64,000 nucleotides of DNA from Savitreella phatthalungensis. Lineage: Eukaryota. Below, piece by piece: positions 24,348 through 35,863 of this stretch. The notes below the pieces were generated by a model, which did not search any database, was not told the origin of the DNA, and saw only the letters and a program-made list of their open reading frames with translations. Location: contig AP039702.1 of assembly GCA_051599415.1 (NCBI GenBank), positions 124,001 through 188,000 of the forward strand, given 5' to 3'. Each line of letters starts with the position of its first letter. Positions within the stretch are counted from its first letter, which is position 1. Made by a program: the position numbers and the translations under genes.

Positions 24348-24600
24348 CTAGGCTGGATGTGATGCAATCGTGTTAGCCGCCTTGATATCGTGATCGCCAA
24401 GAGCCCTGATCTCCTGGAGGATCTGCCTATGTCGGACCTGCTGCTTCTCCGTCAAGTAGAAAGTGATAGCGCTCGGCAGCAGCGTCACCGGGAACGGCTT
24501 ATTCCACTTCGACGTCAATATCGCATCTCCACAAGTCAGTCTCACATCCAATCAACCGTCAGCCCTCTTCACTCCACTCACCCGTTATCCGCGACCACAT
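24348..24600 (-). CDS. Putative two-exon small protein, 65 aa (exons 24600-24582, 24526-24348)
   Basis: ATG, GTGAGT donor, CTGAC branch and a 55 nt intron restore the frame: MWSRITDAILTSKWNKPFPVTLLPSAITFYLTEKQQ... The acceptor is GAG, which is atypical. Confidence 0.4.
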
Positions 24601-24902
24601 CGTTTCACTCGATCGTGTCTGAGACGAGATCGTAAACGCACGAAGATAAAAAGTCGGCAGAAGTGTGGGGTGGGGAATGGGCGAAATTCGCGAGAGTGGC
24701 TTTCGTGATCGTCATTCGTCAGTCGTGGAGAAGATTATCCTAATTCCGTAATATCCGCTCTCCCCGGGCGAAAACAGAGCAAGAAATGAGTAGAGCATGA
24801 TGGTGCTGACATGTTTGTGTAAAATACGGTCTATAAGGTAGAAGCTACTGATACGATAAGTGTCGGTGAAAAGCAAAGGGAGCGTGCGCGGAGTTGCGCG
24901 AT

Positions 24903-26474
24903 CTAGTCCCTGTTGTACTGCGACTTGCGCCACGTGAGATAGAGGTCGTCCATGGGGAAGATGGTGGCGAAGATCTTGATGTCGTCGGAGGTTGGAGTGC
25001 GCTGGTGGTCAATGTCGTATTTCATGCATGCGAGACCTGCGGCAAGGGTCATGTGGAGCATCGCGTAGTTCTGACCGAGGCAGTGGTGAGGACCGACGCC
25101 GAAAGGCAGCCAGTTCTGTGCATGCTTGTCTGCGTCTCCGGTGATCCATCGCTCGGGTTGCCACGTGTTGGCGTCTGGGTATGCCTTCTCATCGTGGAGG
25201 GAGTCCCAGAACGAAGGGATGACCATTGCACCCTTTGGCACCGTGTACTCGGGCGAGACGGGGAAATCCTTCTTGGCCTCGTACGGAACCATGAGCACGG
25301 GCGGACGCATCCGCAATGTCTCGCGCACGCATGCTCGCGTAAAGACGAGCTTCTCAGCTGTCTCCAAGTCAAGCTCCTTCTCGGCATCGCCACCACGAAC
25401 GGCAAGGTTCTCTTCGCGCACTCTCGCAAAGGCTTCAGGCGTGTCGCACAGGTACTGGAACAGCCAGGAAAGTCCGGAAGAAGTGGCATCTTGAGAGGCG
25501 AACAGGAAGGAAAGCATGGTTTGGGAGATTTCCGAGTCGTCAAACTCACGAATTAGAGTCTGACCAGCAGCCTCCGACTTGTCCTTGCCAGAACGGGCGA
25601 ATTCGCGAGCGTCAATCATCTGCTTGATCCATGCATCGACCATGCAGTTCGGCTGCTTTCCAGCCTCCATTGCTGCGCGCGATTTTCCAGTGGCTTCGAT
25701 AAAGGCCTTCATCACAGTCTTGCGAGCCTCAATACCGTACCAGACCTTGGTATATGGAAGAGCGAGTGGGAAGTTGACGAGCTCGAGAGCGTCAGTGATG
25801 CGCCAGTAGTCATCAGAAATTTTGCGGATCTGCTCGTCAGCGATCCAGTACCCAAAAAAGGTCCTGCAAGAGACTGCGACGTTGAGATCGCGCAGCTGAG
25901 GCATGAATGGCTGAGAACCCTTCTCGTCTGTAAGCTTGACAAAGTCGCGGAAGTAGCGCTGGTAGACTTTGAACTGTTCAGGCAGGTAGAGAGCAAGCGA
26001 CGGGCGCGTGAATAGTGTGTTGAGTCCCTTGCGATACTCCACGTGAGCCTTGCCGTCAAGGAAGACCCAGTTGGTGCTCATGAGGACCTTCTTTCCGGCG
26101 TCGACGACGCACGGCTGGACGAAGGTCGGCGAGTTCAGAATCTTGCGGGAAAGGTCGCGGGTCGAGGCAATAACGACGAACTTGTGGAAGACTGAGACAC
26201 ACGAGAGTGCGCCGGAACGCCACTTACTCATGTATCCTTCCATCGTCGGATGCATCGAGTCTAGGAAAGCACCCATGAGAGGAATAGTCCAGGTAGGTCC
26301 AGCAATGACTCCTTTGCGTCGGCGATACCGCAACTGCTCTCCAACCAGAATCACCAAGACAGCTGTCAAAACAAGTGTCCAGCCATTGATGCCACTGAGA
26401 ACGTGATTGAACGCCTCAACGGCATTTCCACGCCGGAGCGTGTCAACGATGGACGACGAGTTGTCAAGAGCCAT
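24903..26474 (-). CDS. ERG5: C-22 sterol desaturase, cytochrome P450 CYP61
   Basis: 'LSCVSVFHKFVVIASTRDL', 'FLFASQDATS', 'ETLRMRPPVLMVPY', heme motif 'FGVGPHHCLG', 'IKIFATIFP'. Confidence 0.96.
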   Translation of the reverse strand: MALDNSSSIVDTLRRGNAVEAFNHVLSGINGWTLVLTAVLVILVGEQLRYRRRKGVIAGPTWTIPLMGAFLDSMHPTMEGYMSKWRSGALSCVSVFHKFVVIASTRDLSRKILNSPTFVQPCVVDAGKKVLMSTNWVFLDGKAHVEYRKGLNTLFTRPSLALYLPEQFKVYQRYFRDFVKLTDEKGSQPFMPQLRDLNVAVSCRTFFGYWIADEQIRKISDDYWRITDALELVNFPLALPYTKVWYGIEARKTVMKAFIEATGKSRAAMEAGKQPNCMVDAWIKQMIDAREFARSGKDKSEAAGQTLIREFDDSEISQTMLSFLFASQDATSSGLSWLFQYLCDTPEAFARVREENLAVRGGDAEKELDLETAEKLVFTRACVRETLRMRPPVLMVPYEAKKDFPVSPEYTVPKGAMVIPSFWDSLHDEKAYPDANTWQPERWITGDADKHAQNWLPFGVGPHHCLGQNYAMLHMTLAAGLACMKYDIDHQRTPTSDDIKIFATIFPMDDLYLTWRKSQYNRD

Positions 26475-27557
26475 GCGCGCCTGATAACGTCTGGGTTAGA
26501 CGACCTACTCCTCTTAATCTGGTGAGAAGTTGAGTATTGGGCGAAACCGCCACGAGGAATGTGACCCCGAGAGTAAGCAGCTGACAGACTGAGAGTCTTG
26601 CTGAGACGTCGACTGTGAGGCCCCGTGACAGGATAGGTCGGATGGATGTGTGATGGCCCTGGCGCGTGCTTCCGTTTCGGACAAACTAAGACAGGGCGCG
26701 TACTACGAAAGCAATGAGATTATTATACTATTGTCTCCAGATATTTTGATTAGATCTAATATATTACAAATTTTCCCAATATTTCATTCTCTTGAAATTT
26801 GGCCGTCGTGATTTTTGAACTGCCATAAATAGACCCTGTTCTAATCAATTGGAGTTTATTATTATACAGCATCTTATCCGCTTGGACAATTTGTAAGGTA
26901 GCAAGCACAAGCAAACTAATTTATGAAAAAGTCCGCAGTCAAGTTCAAGATTTGAAAGCACTGAAGTGGTACCACTGGAAACGCCACGAGCGCAATACAG
27001 CACAGCCTCAACCACGTGTAGGCACCTCACACCATTTTCCTCATGCATGCAATTGAATTGATCGATCGAACGCATGAATTCAGGTATTTCATTGAACAGT
27101 TTGTACACAAAGGGCGCCGTGCAACTTTAGCCGAGATTCGCCCGACAATACAGCCATGCAGCTTCAAAACCATCTATCCATGTGCATACCTCATGCAGTC
27201 AGCGCTCAACAGACAGGCTAAGGGCCATTCACCAATGCAGGATTAATGGGGTTTCCGATGTCATGGCTCAGTGTCACCTAATTGTTTCATTCCACGGTAT
27301 GTGACGTCGCGGAATACACTCAGAAGTAGATGAAGAGAATGTGGTATTCGTTCGGAGTAGTGAGACTACGGCACTAAAGAAGGATCACCGGTCGCTTCCA
27401 GGCTGCGAATTCTCTTGAAGAAACGGAGCGGTGGTTGGAAGTCGGGTAGGCGAAGGGGATAAAAAGGCACTAGTGGATAGTTGCGGATAGAGTAGAACAG
27501 GAGAAGGTATCGGATGCGGAGACTTAAAGGTCACTCGATCAGCTGGCCGCCCAGTTT

Positions 27558-28280
27558 CTAGACGTACTGAGCAGTCAGGTGGTAGGCAGCGCAGTTGGGG
27601 TTCTCAGTTGTCGTCTGGACACCGGAGAAGTCACGGTGGGTTCCGGTGAAGATGATCTGTCCGAAGGACGAGTCGGTACCGATGTTGCAGCCGTACCAGG
27701 TGTTCTCACCGTTGTACATCAGGTAGTTGGTGGCAGAGTCGATCGAGAAACCCTTCTGCGCCTGTGTCAGGTCGGCAATGTAGTTGCACTGCAGCTGCTG
27801 CTGAGGGTACGAGATCTCGCAAGCACGGCTGTACTGGTCGAAGAGCTGGCCGTTCTGGACGGAGAAGACAGACTTGATCGCAGCGTTCTTGTCCGAGTCA
27901 AAGTCGACGGCGGGGTAAGGAGAGTTGCACTGGATCTGGCCGTCCTTGATCTGACCGGCAGGCTTGACTGGGCAGGCCATGGTCCAGTTCTTCGGGGCGT
28001 CGGGCTTGCAGCCTGGCGGGAACTTCGGTGTAGGTGGCTTGTCCACCTTTCCTGGGCAGAGGTGGGGCAGGTCCCAGTTCCAGTTCTGAGGGTAAGGCCA
28101 GTTGTCGGGGCAGTTCTTCCATCCTGCAGGAGGCCATGAAGGAAGAACGGCACCGTGTGACCACCACCACTTGATCAAGAATGCCCAGAGACCGAGCGAG
28201 CCGGCGGTGGCCATGGGTGCTGCCATGACGACAGGGGTGAAGGCGCTAGTGGCCAAGACGGCGAGTGTGATGAACTGCAT
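27558..28280 (-). CDS. Secreted PIR/Cis3-like cell wall protein
   Basis: Signal peptide, one PIR-like repeat 'GQIKDGQIQ', and a C-terminal Cys-containing domain ('NGQLFDQYSR', 'GFSI', 'WYGC', 'C..YHL'); strong codon bias. Confidence 0.75.
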   Translation of the reverse strand: MQFITLAVLATSAFTPVVMAAPMATAGSLGLWAFLIKWWWSHGAVLPSWPPAGWKNCPDNWPYPQNWNWDLPHLCPGKVDKPPTPKFPPGCKPDAPKNWTMACPVKPAGQIKDGQIQCNSPYPAVDFDSDKNAAIKSVFSVQNGQLFDQYSRACEISYPQQQLQCNYIADLTQAQKGFSIDSATNYLMYNGENTWYGCNIGTDSSFGQIIFTGTHRDFSGVQTTTENPNCAAYHLTAQYV

Positions 28281-31200
28281 CGTAGTCGAGTGTGGAAAGC
28301 TTTGGAAGAGGAGAGCTTTGTGTGTTTCTTGTCGTTCTGATGGACGGACAGAACGGTCTTCTTATAGACGTCGTGGAGGACGAGGTCGGAGTGGTGCTCT
28401 GAATTCCCGGGGAGAAGACTCATCTCGATCCCGAGCTCAGATCGCTTTGTCGGTTCATCTGGAAGCCATAGGTCAAGCCCTCGTGGCACATGTTACGTGG
28501 TCTCGCCAGGGTTCGCGCGTATCGTCAAGCTCGCTGGCACGCATGCGCAGACGCAAGAGATCAAACAGGCGAGCACAGCAGTTTGAGAAATGTAAGAGTC
28601 CCACTCGGGTCAAGATGCCGGCGACGATCACGGAGGGCGAGTAGTCGAATTCCCAGCCGCGCGCCTCTGTCGTAGACTGCAGAGTGGGTTCGTGCCCGAG
28701 CAACGAACTTCTTCGCTTGGGCCCATGTCTTACAACTAAGGCATCAGAAAGAGGCATGAGCTTGCCCCTGCATGTCGATGTCTGAGTGCTGTTGCAGCTT
28801 CGGCTCTACATTGCCCTATTGGCTACTTTGCTTGACAGGTCAGCCATAACGGCAACCTGCATATGCTGGCTGCATACCTCATTCGGGCTGGACAAGTTAG
28901 AGAGTTGAATGACACTTTGGTGGTCTGTCAAATGATGCAAGACATCTCTGCAATGTTAATCGCTTCCGAGTTTGAAAGCATCTAGCCTGTAGGCTGCGTC
29001 TATGTTGAAGCCTCGCAGACTCCATGGCCCTCAGCAATTAGCTCAGTCTACAGTGTAAGACCCAAATTATCGGTAAGGTCAAATTTGTGTCTTAAATTTT
29101 CCGCCTGCGCCTGGGCCTAATTGAATAGTAGACTGCCGTCAGATTCATGAAACAGAGTCTCAGATGACGAAGCCACAGTTCATCAGGCTTTCAGCCCTTT
29201 TTTTCTTCTGAGTGTCCATCGATCCCCATGATTAGTATCAAGCTCTCAAGCTGAACATCCATTCCCGCAATTCAAAGAGCAATCAGTCGGCCCCGTACAA
29301 GACTGAAAAGAACATCTAGCAATAATCTATCTAGCTTGAAAGGTCTAGGTCAAACACCTATCAACTTCGCCCATAGGTCTCCATCGGACCGGTGAGCTGT
29401 CTTACCTTAACGAGCCATGGCGGTGCCCACGATCGGGAGGCTTCTTAAAAGTGTCCGCGTCATTATAGCTTTCACTGGTACTGGTAGGAGGTAAAGACTA
29501 CCTCAGTCAAGAATAGCAACTACATATCATCTGTTATGAGCAAGGAAAAGCTCGCAACCTTCCTCAGAGAACTATTGGGACGAGGCGCTTTAATAACACT
29601 ATACCCCGGACCAGCGTGCGTCCCATTTCATATGACAGATTCATCGTCTCATCGACTGCCTGTCAAACAGCTGTATGAAGATCGACGATGCAGCGGCGGA
29701 TTTGACGCACGCACGCACCTCTCTTGCATGTCGAAAGTCAAAGCGTTTGCATGACAAGCAGGGTCAAGCGTCGTTCTCTTAGAATAGAAGCTGTGCTGTT
29801 GCCTGCAGCACAGCTGTTGACTTGACTGTGAATCTATTGCCGTAGTATTCCATGTACCGCCGGCCCGCACCGCGTGATGATGGACATTGCTCGAGACCAC
29901 TGATTGGTATAGTGGGCACGGCACGTCCACAACGGAAAGCCGATTCCGCTGCACGACTCTCATCTGCCGCTGCACATGAGAGTGATAAAATCGAAAGCAA
30001 TTTCTTCCAAGCGGAATTTTGCTCGTGTTAGTGCTCTGGGTAAAATTACTCCTGTGTAGAACTACCAGAAACGATGATTTAAGGAAGCACTCAAAAGGAA
30101 AGAAAAAGGTATTTACCCGGATCCTGAACCCGATCGAGATTGTAAGTTGCTCTGGAGATCTCAGCCATCCAAGATTGGCGATGTCTCACTCGGTCTGTTT
30201 GCCATTTTTCGTAGATGCAAGCTTGTAGCCCCGGGGCTGGACTTCCGATGACTGTGGTAAAATCGAAGTGAGACACAAAGTAAGTCATTCTGACTTCGAG
30301 GTTAGAGACAAAGCAAGCCAGATGCAGTGTACGCTTCACGACTTTCAAGATCGAGATTCCAGTATCTCGGTTATTGCTACGAAGGCCTGGCTACCAATCA
30401 AATATTCCAGCACCTCGACTCAGCATCATTGTCATGTCGGCTGCTTCGGCTCTCATTTGGCTGGCTAGTCTCTTCTCATTCAGGATAGTAGTAGCCGTGA
30501 TAGTGGACATCATGGGCGGCTGCTCATTGACCTAGCTTTCATAGAGATGCAAACACGTTGCTCATCATCATAGCGTCCGCTGGATCAGCATTACATCGAC
30601 AAAGCAGATCGATGTCAAAGCTTCAACTTGTACCAAGCCTTTGATCATCTGTGCATGAATGAATTTTCCGACCTGAAGCACAAATGAGACTCCTTCATCC
30701 TGGCGGCATTTGGAATGTGCATCAGAACGGCAGCTATTTGGGTCTGAAGATCTCAACGTGCGTCAAAGCAATTCGCACATGCTAACAAGGGGACGATAAT
30801 CGCTCTTGGGCCCCTGTTGATAGGACCTTGTTGATATGACCTTGTTGATCAATGCACATTTCAGAACCATTTTGTTGGACTGGCTGATTCAAGAGTGGAT
30901 ACTTTGACTTTTGGGGCATCTTTAACCGACGGAAGGCATCAGGAAAAGGCTTTACCGTCTTCAGTTATGCTCAGCCCTTAAAATGCGGATTCATGATCAA
31001 GTGATGGATCTAGGCCCCACCGCGTGTACCGTTGATGCTTTGAAGGCCAGTGCGGAACGCCAGCCAATGCACAGCTCAAAAGAGCTTTGTTGGTAGAGAG
31101 GCTCGTGTGGGGCTCGTACGTAAATGTCTCAAGGTGGTGCTGGCAAAGCGTTCGCACGTGGTGGGGCGGTCACGATGACTCTTTGTGCACCACCGCCAGA

Positions 31201-31641
31201 GAACGTTTGGACGAAGTCCGCCGCAAAGTACAACCGCTCAGTATTGACGTAACTGCAGGCTTCTGACGCTGAGGCATTCGGCCTGCAGGATTGGCCTAAC
31301 TTCAGCCACCAGCACAGCGTCATGATGGCCGCAGGAGCTGGACCAAAATCAAGGCGAAATGTCACCCAAGCTGGGAAACCGCTTCGTTGAGTATTCCATT
31401 TGTTGTCAATGCGTGCAGGCACGCTGTTCAGCTGGCACATCCCTTGCAATCGATAACACGTAAAATTGTGCAGATTCTGGAATTGTGCAGAATCAAAGCA
31501 CCATCCACCACACATGTGGTTCTGTCATAGCTGGGCGAATGATAGCGTTGCGGAAGCTGAAGCCAGCTTTGGGTCGAGGGCTCAGACCTCGGCAAATATT
31601 GCATCGAAGCACTTGAGATCTCGATCATGCAATCATGCACG

Positions 31642-32169
31642 TCACCGTTTACCATTCTTTTTGGCCTTCTTGTAGAGATCGTACGGCGCGCCGGACCCAC
31701 GTGATATTCCTTTTCCATTCATAGACAACTTCAGTGACCGATCGTTCTTTCCTTTATTTGCTCCCTTCACGATGTCCTCTTCGTCTTCATCGCTGTAGCC
31801 TTCGCCAGTGTTACGCATGTGATGTTGTCGTTTGCGATCTCGCAGTTCCTCCTCTTTCTTGCGCTCGGCTATCTTACGCGACTTGTGGAGCAGCTGGCGC
31901 CGTAGCTTGAGGTCTTCTAGCGACATTCCCGAAGCCGCTCCTTGCTCGGACAATGACGATGCGCCTGGGTCCTGAAATCCCAAACCCGCTCGAGGACGAT
32001 TTGCAGGTGGTGGAGGAACGCTCTGAGTCTCCGGCTGCGTCATCGAGCTTGACTTATCAGCATCTGAGCCGGAAGCTGGTGGCAGCCAGCTCGCCACGAT
32101 GCTCCGAGCCAGAGCGATTGAGATGCCCACCTGCGCTTGTATTGTCTTAGATTCGTCTGAAATCCTCAT
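31642..32169 (-). CDS. Conserved fungal protein, DUF3245-like
   Basis: 'IALARSIVASWL', 'RPRAGLG', 'LRRQL' and a Lys-rich tail resemble the DUF3245 family. Confidence 0.6.
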   Translation of the reverse strand: MRISDESKTIQAQVGISIALARSIVASWLPPASGSDADKSSSMTQPETQSVPPPPANRPRAGLGFQDPGASSLSEQGAASGMSLEDLKLRRQLLHKSRKIAERKKEEELRDRKRQHHMRNTGEGYSDEDEEDIVKGANKGKNDRSLKLSMNGKGISRGSGAPYDLYKKAKKNGKR

Positions 32170-32526
32170 CGATCCAGTCGCGAGCTTGACCTCGTGCGAA
32201 AATCCCAGACACGCGAGTGCTATAATGACACTGGTCTGCCCGATACTACTTCATTCCCAGCCATGTAAGAGTTCCGGACGATCCCCGTCAGTCAAAACAA
32301 ATTTGTGTCAGCGATGTATTGTGTTGGACATACCAGACAATACGACAGATTCTCCACAATTGACACGTGCTACACGAATCAAACTCCACATAGACGACGA
32401 CGAGTGAGACCAGGACAGCGGTGCTTCAATAGTTCCTTATCCTGGAATATCTTGATCTTGAAGCATTCTTTCGTGTCTGTACTGGTGGATAGACTCCTAC
32501 AATGACCGTCGATACGCGTGCCGGAC

Positions 32527-35500
32527 ATGCTTAAGCGCTTTCAGGATACAATAAATTCTGGCTTGGCCACTGCGGCCGAGCAGGCCAAGGCGCGCAGCCA
32601 TTTCGCCGGCTCGAGCTCGCCACGCAATAGCACTTCGATTGAGCGGCCCTCTGCTACTGTAATAGCCTCTGCAAACGATCCAACAGCAGCGGACACTCAG
32701 GACGAGCAAGATGATGCAGACGGCGATGGAACGGAGCTGTCGGGCGCCAGAGACCAGCAGCTATCCGACAACATCAACGCAGCTGTCACAGCGACTGAGC
32801 TTCCTGTGGATGTGCGTAAGAAGCTCGCAAGACTCGACAAAATGGAAGATAAGTACCCCGCCCTCTTGAAGGCGTATCGCGGTCTACAAGGTGTCGAGGC
32901 GCAAGTAAAAGTGTTCGAGAAGGCACTGGCTGAGCTGACTGCTGCGAGCTCCATTGCTGATGTTGAAGCTTTCCAGCAGTGGGCTACGAATTCGACTCTC
33001 AAAGGCGACATGGCAATGGAGGAGCTCCGCAAGCAAGGCATCGAACTATCTAGCCTGCGCAGCGAGCTGGCGAGTAAAGATCAGCGAGTACAGGAACTTG
33101 AATCGACAGCTGCTAGTGCGCCAATTGCTGAAACTTCAAAACTGGAGGCGGATCTTGAAAGGCTGCGGAACGAGCTTGACTCCGTAGAATCAGACAGGGC
33201 AGGTGCTAAAGCGCGCGTTCAATCTCTGGAGAAATCTGTCTCCGAACTTCGAGACAGCCAGTCCGAGGCATTGAATAGCCAGCGTAAAGAGCTTGCTGCC
33301 AAGGATGCCGCACAGAAGCGCAAGATCAAAGAACTCACAGATCGTGTGGGCGAACTTGAGGCAGATCTGAGCAAGCGAAAAGACGAGCTGATAGCGCTGA
33401 AGGTCAAGCATGCGCAAGAGCTTCGAGGAGCAGCGGTCTCTAAGGATGTTGCGACTGAAACGAATGCAGTTGAGCAAGTCACTGAGCCCATCGACGAAGG
33501 GAAGCCTGAGCCCACAGAAAAGCTTAGCAAGAATCAGAAGAAGCGACAGAAGAAGAAAGCCGCAGGTGTGACCTCTGTCAAGACGACGGAAACTTTGTCG
33601 CCAGAGGAATCTGCCAAGAGCGTTCAAGCTCCATCGGCCGTGACGAATGGCTCCAGTTCGAGCTCGCATGACACACCGGCTAACTTGTCAGCACTACAGG
33701 CAGAGATAGATAAGCTGCGTATTGAGGCCGAGTTGCACAAGGAGGAGCGCGATAGACTGCAGACGCGACTCGGAAAGTCGCTACAGGATGCAGAATCCGT
33801 CGAGGAAATGCGTGATATGGTCAAGGAGGTTGGTGATGAGCTGGTCAATGCGAAGGAACGTATCCGCACTTTGACCGGTCAGCTCGAAGCAGCAAATAGC
33901 GCTGCGGCGTCAGCGTCGACGTCCTCGAAGCGAGATAACGCTGAGACGATTCGCGAGCGTGACGAATTGAAGCAGAAGCTGGAGCAAGCTGAGGCCGAGA
34001 AGAGCAGATTGGCGAAGGATCTTGAGATTGCGGAAAGTCTGTCTGCCGAGCGCTTCAAGGAGCTTTCCAAGCTCAAGGATCAGCATCGCCAGTACACAAG
34101 CGAGCTGTCGACACTGAAGACTGTCAACGGGGCTCTTCAAGGCGACAAGGAGGGTTTGGAAAGTAGATTGAAGTCTGCAGAGCAGCTTGCGCGAACAGCG
34201 GAGCGTAGTGACAAGGATAGACGTGACGAGGTCAATTCGCTCAAGACGCAGCTCGCGAGCAGGGAGAAAGAGTTGCGGGTCATTCAAAATGCTTTCAAGG
34301 AAGAAGAGCTGAAGCGGAAAGCCGAGGAAAGTCGAGCGACGACAGTGCGTGGAGAGATGAGCAAGATGCAAGATCTGCGGGACACTCTTACGCAAGCTAG
34401 AGATGATCTCACACGACAGCTATCGAACGTCAAAGCGGAACTGGAAAGATGCGAAAGCAAGCTATCCTCTTTGCAACAGCAGCGTGCTACATTACTACAG
34501 GAGCGCGATGCTGCACGTGAGGAGCTAGAGCTTGGCAGGGCGAAATTCGATTCTGCCAAGTCTCTGATGGAATCTCAGCACGAACAGACGCAGGACATGC
34601 AGCATCGCCTGCGCGAGGCTGAAGAAAGGCGAGATGTGGCCGAGGAGGAACTCGCAGAGTCGTCGAGACAATTGCGAGAGCGCGGGCGAGAAGCAGACAC
34701 ACTTCGACGTCTGCTGACTGAGCTTGAGGGATCGCTCGAGACACGTGTCCGAGAGATGCGGGAGCGGATGGAGGCTGCCTTCGCTGACCGCGACCGGGCA
34801 GAGGATGAGGCTGCAGCGGCTGGCAAGCGGCGTATGAGAGAGCTCGAGGGGCTCCAAGAAAAGCTCGTGGAGTCGGAGCGACAACATCGACGTCTTGACA
34901 ACGCCATGCAAGACAGCGATCGCAAAGCCTCCGAGCTACAGAGGCAGCTCGAGCAGATCCAACGCGAGAGAGAAGAGCGAGATGGCCGTCACGAAGAGCT
35001 TGTAGGCGCAGTCTCCGATTTGACGCGGTCCATGAAAGCTGCCGAGACACAAGTGACGAATCTTGAGCGTGAGCGCGACAAGCTCCGCGTCGGTCTCCAG
35101 GATGCCGAGCAGCAGGTCGATCGACTTCGTGCTGAACTTGATGGCAAAAACGACCTGATCGGATCTCTCCGTCAGCAACAACAACAACAACACCAACAGC
35201 CTGCTCCAATCACGGTCTCGACCCCACAACACCAGCAGCGTCAGCCATCCTTCTCTGTCGGATCTCCCATGAGTCCACGCGTGCGTCAGCAGCAAGAGGA
35301 GATTGGTAGTCCGACGCTCGGCCGCACTGCCTCGTTGCAAAGTGTGGCGCTGAGCGTCCACGAGGCAAGGTCGCCATTGACACAGCAACAGCAGCATCAC
35401 CAGCAACAACAAGCGGAAGTCGATCGAACCTACATCCGCAACATCCTCCTCCAGGTGCTCGACAACAAGGCAATGCGGCCCAAACTCGCGCCCGTCCTCG

Positions 35501-35559
35501 GCAAGCTGCTACTGATGGACAAGCAGCAGGAATCAACCTTCATGCGAGCGCTCAAGTAG
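32527..35559 (+). CDS. GRIP-domain coiled-coil golgin (Imh1-like)
   Basis: Long coiled coil, 'ELPVDVRKKLARLDKMEDKYP.LLKAYR', C-terminal GRIP-like 'DRTYIRNILLQ.L...L.PVLGKLL'. First ATG at 32527. Confidence 0.85.
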   Translation: MLKRFQDTINSGLATAAEQAKARSHFAGSSSPRNSTSIERPSATVIASANDPTAADTQDEQDDADGDGTELSGARDQQLSDNINAAVTATELPVDVRKKLARLDKMEDKYPALLKAYRGLQGVEAQVKVFEKALAELTAASSIADVEAFQQWATNSTLKGDMAMEELRKQGIELSSLRSELASKDQRVQELESTAASAPIAETSKLEADLERLRNELDSVESDRAGAKARVQSLEKSVSELRDSQSEALNSQRKELAAKDAAQKRKIKELTDRVGELEADLSKRKDELIALKVKHAQELRGAAVSKDVATETNAVEQVTEPIDEGKPEPTEKLSKNQKKRQKKKAAGVTSVKTTETLSPEESAKSVQAPSAVTNGSSSSSHDTPANLSALQAEIDKLRIEAELHKEERDRLQTRLGKSLQDAESVEEMRDMVKEVGDELVNAKERIRTLTGQLEAANSAAASASTSSKRDNAETIRERDELKQKLEQAEAEKSRLAKDLEIAESLSAERFKELSKLKDQHRQYTSELSTLKTVNGALQGDKEGLESRLKSAEQLARTAERSDKDRRDEVNSLKTQLASREKELRVIQNAFKEEELKRKAEESRATTVRGEMSKMQDLRDTLTQARDDLTRQLSNVKAELERCESKLSSLQQQRATLLQERDAAREELELGRAKFDSAKSLMESQHEQTQDMQHRLREAEERRDVAEEELAESSRQLRERGREADTLRRLLTELEGSLETRVREMRERMEAAFADRDRAEDEAAAAGKRRMRELEGLQEKLVESERQHRRLDNAMQDSDRKASELQRQLEQIQREREERDGRHEELVGAVSDLTRSMKAAETQVTNLERERDKLRVGLQDAEQQVDRLRAELDGKNDLIGSLRQQQQQQHQQPAPITVSTPQHQQRQPSFSVGSPMSPRVRQQQEEIGSPTLGRTASLQSVALSVHEARSPLTQQQQHHQQQQAEVDRTYIRNILLQVLDNKAMRPKLAPVLGKLLLMDKQQESTFMRALK

Positions 35560-35863
35560 TAGGCCGCGACGACTTGGCACGACGAACATGGATTCAGATT
35601 GCACTTTCACAGGCACGGGTGGGGAGAATACGGATTGTGATGCTCTGGAGTCTTGGAAATTGCATGTTCTTGGAACCTGTGAATGAGGTGACTGGGCGTA
35701 TAAGTGCGTCGATGTGCGTTCGCCGTGATGGCAGTCATGGTGAAGTGCGTGCAACTGAAATCGTGGATAGTTGAGAAAGGGAAAGGTGTGAAATTCATCA
35801 AATTTGTGCTATTGTGTGTTGCCGCAAAGTGGGTATCGGGTGTTCATCAGAATCTCCTACTCT

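Noticed and set aside
27579..28139. 186 aa plus-strand ORF
   Set aside because: Antisense shadow of the codon-biased wall-protein gene.
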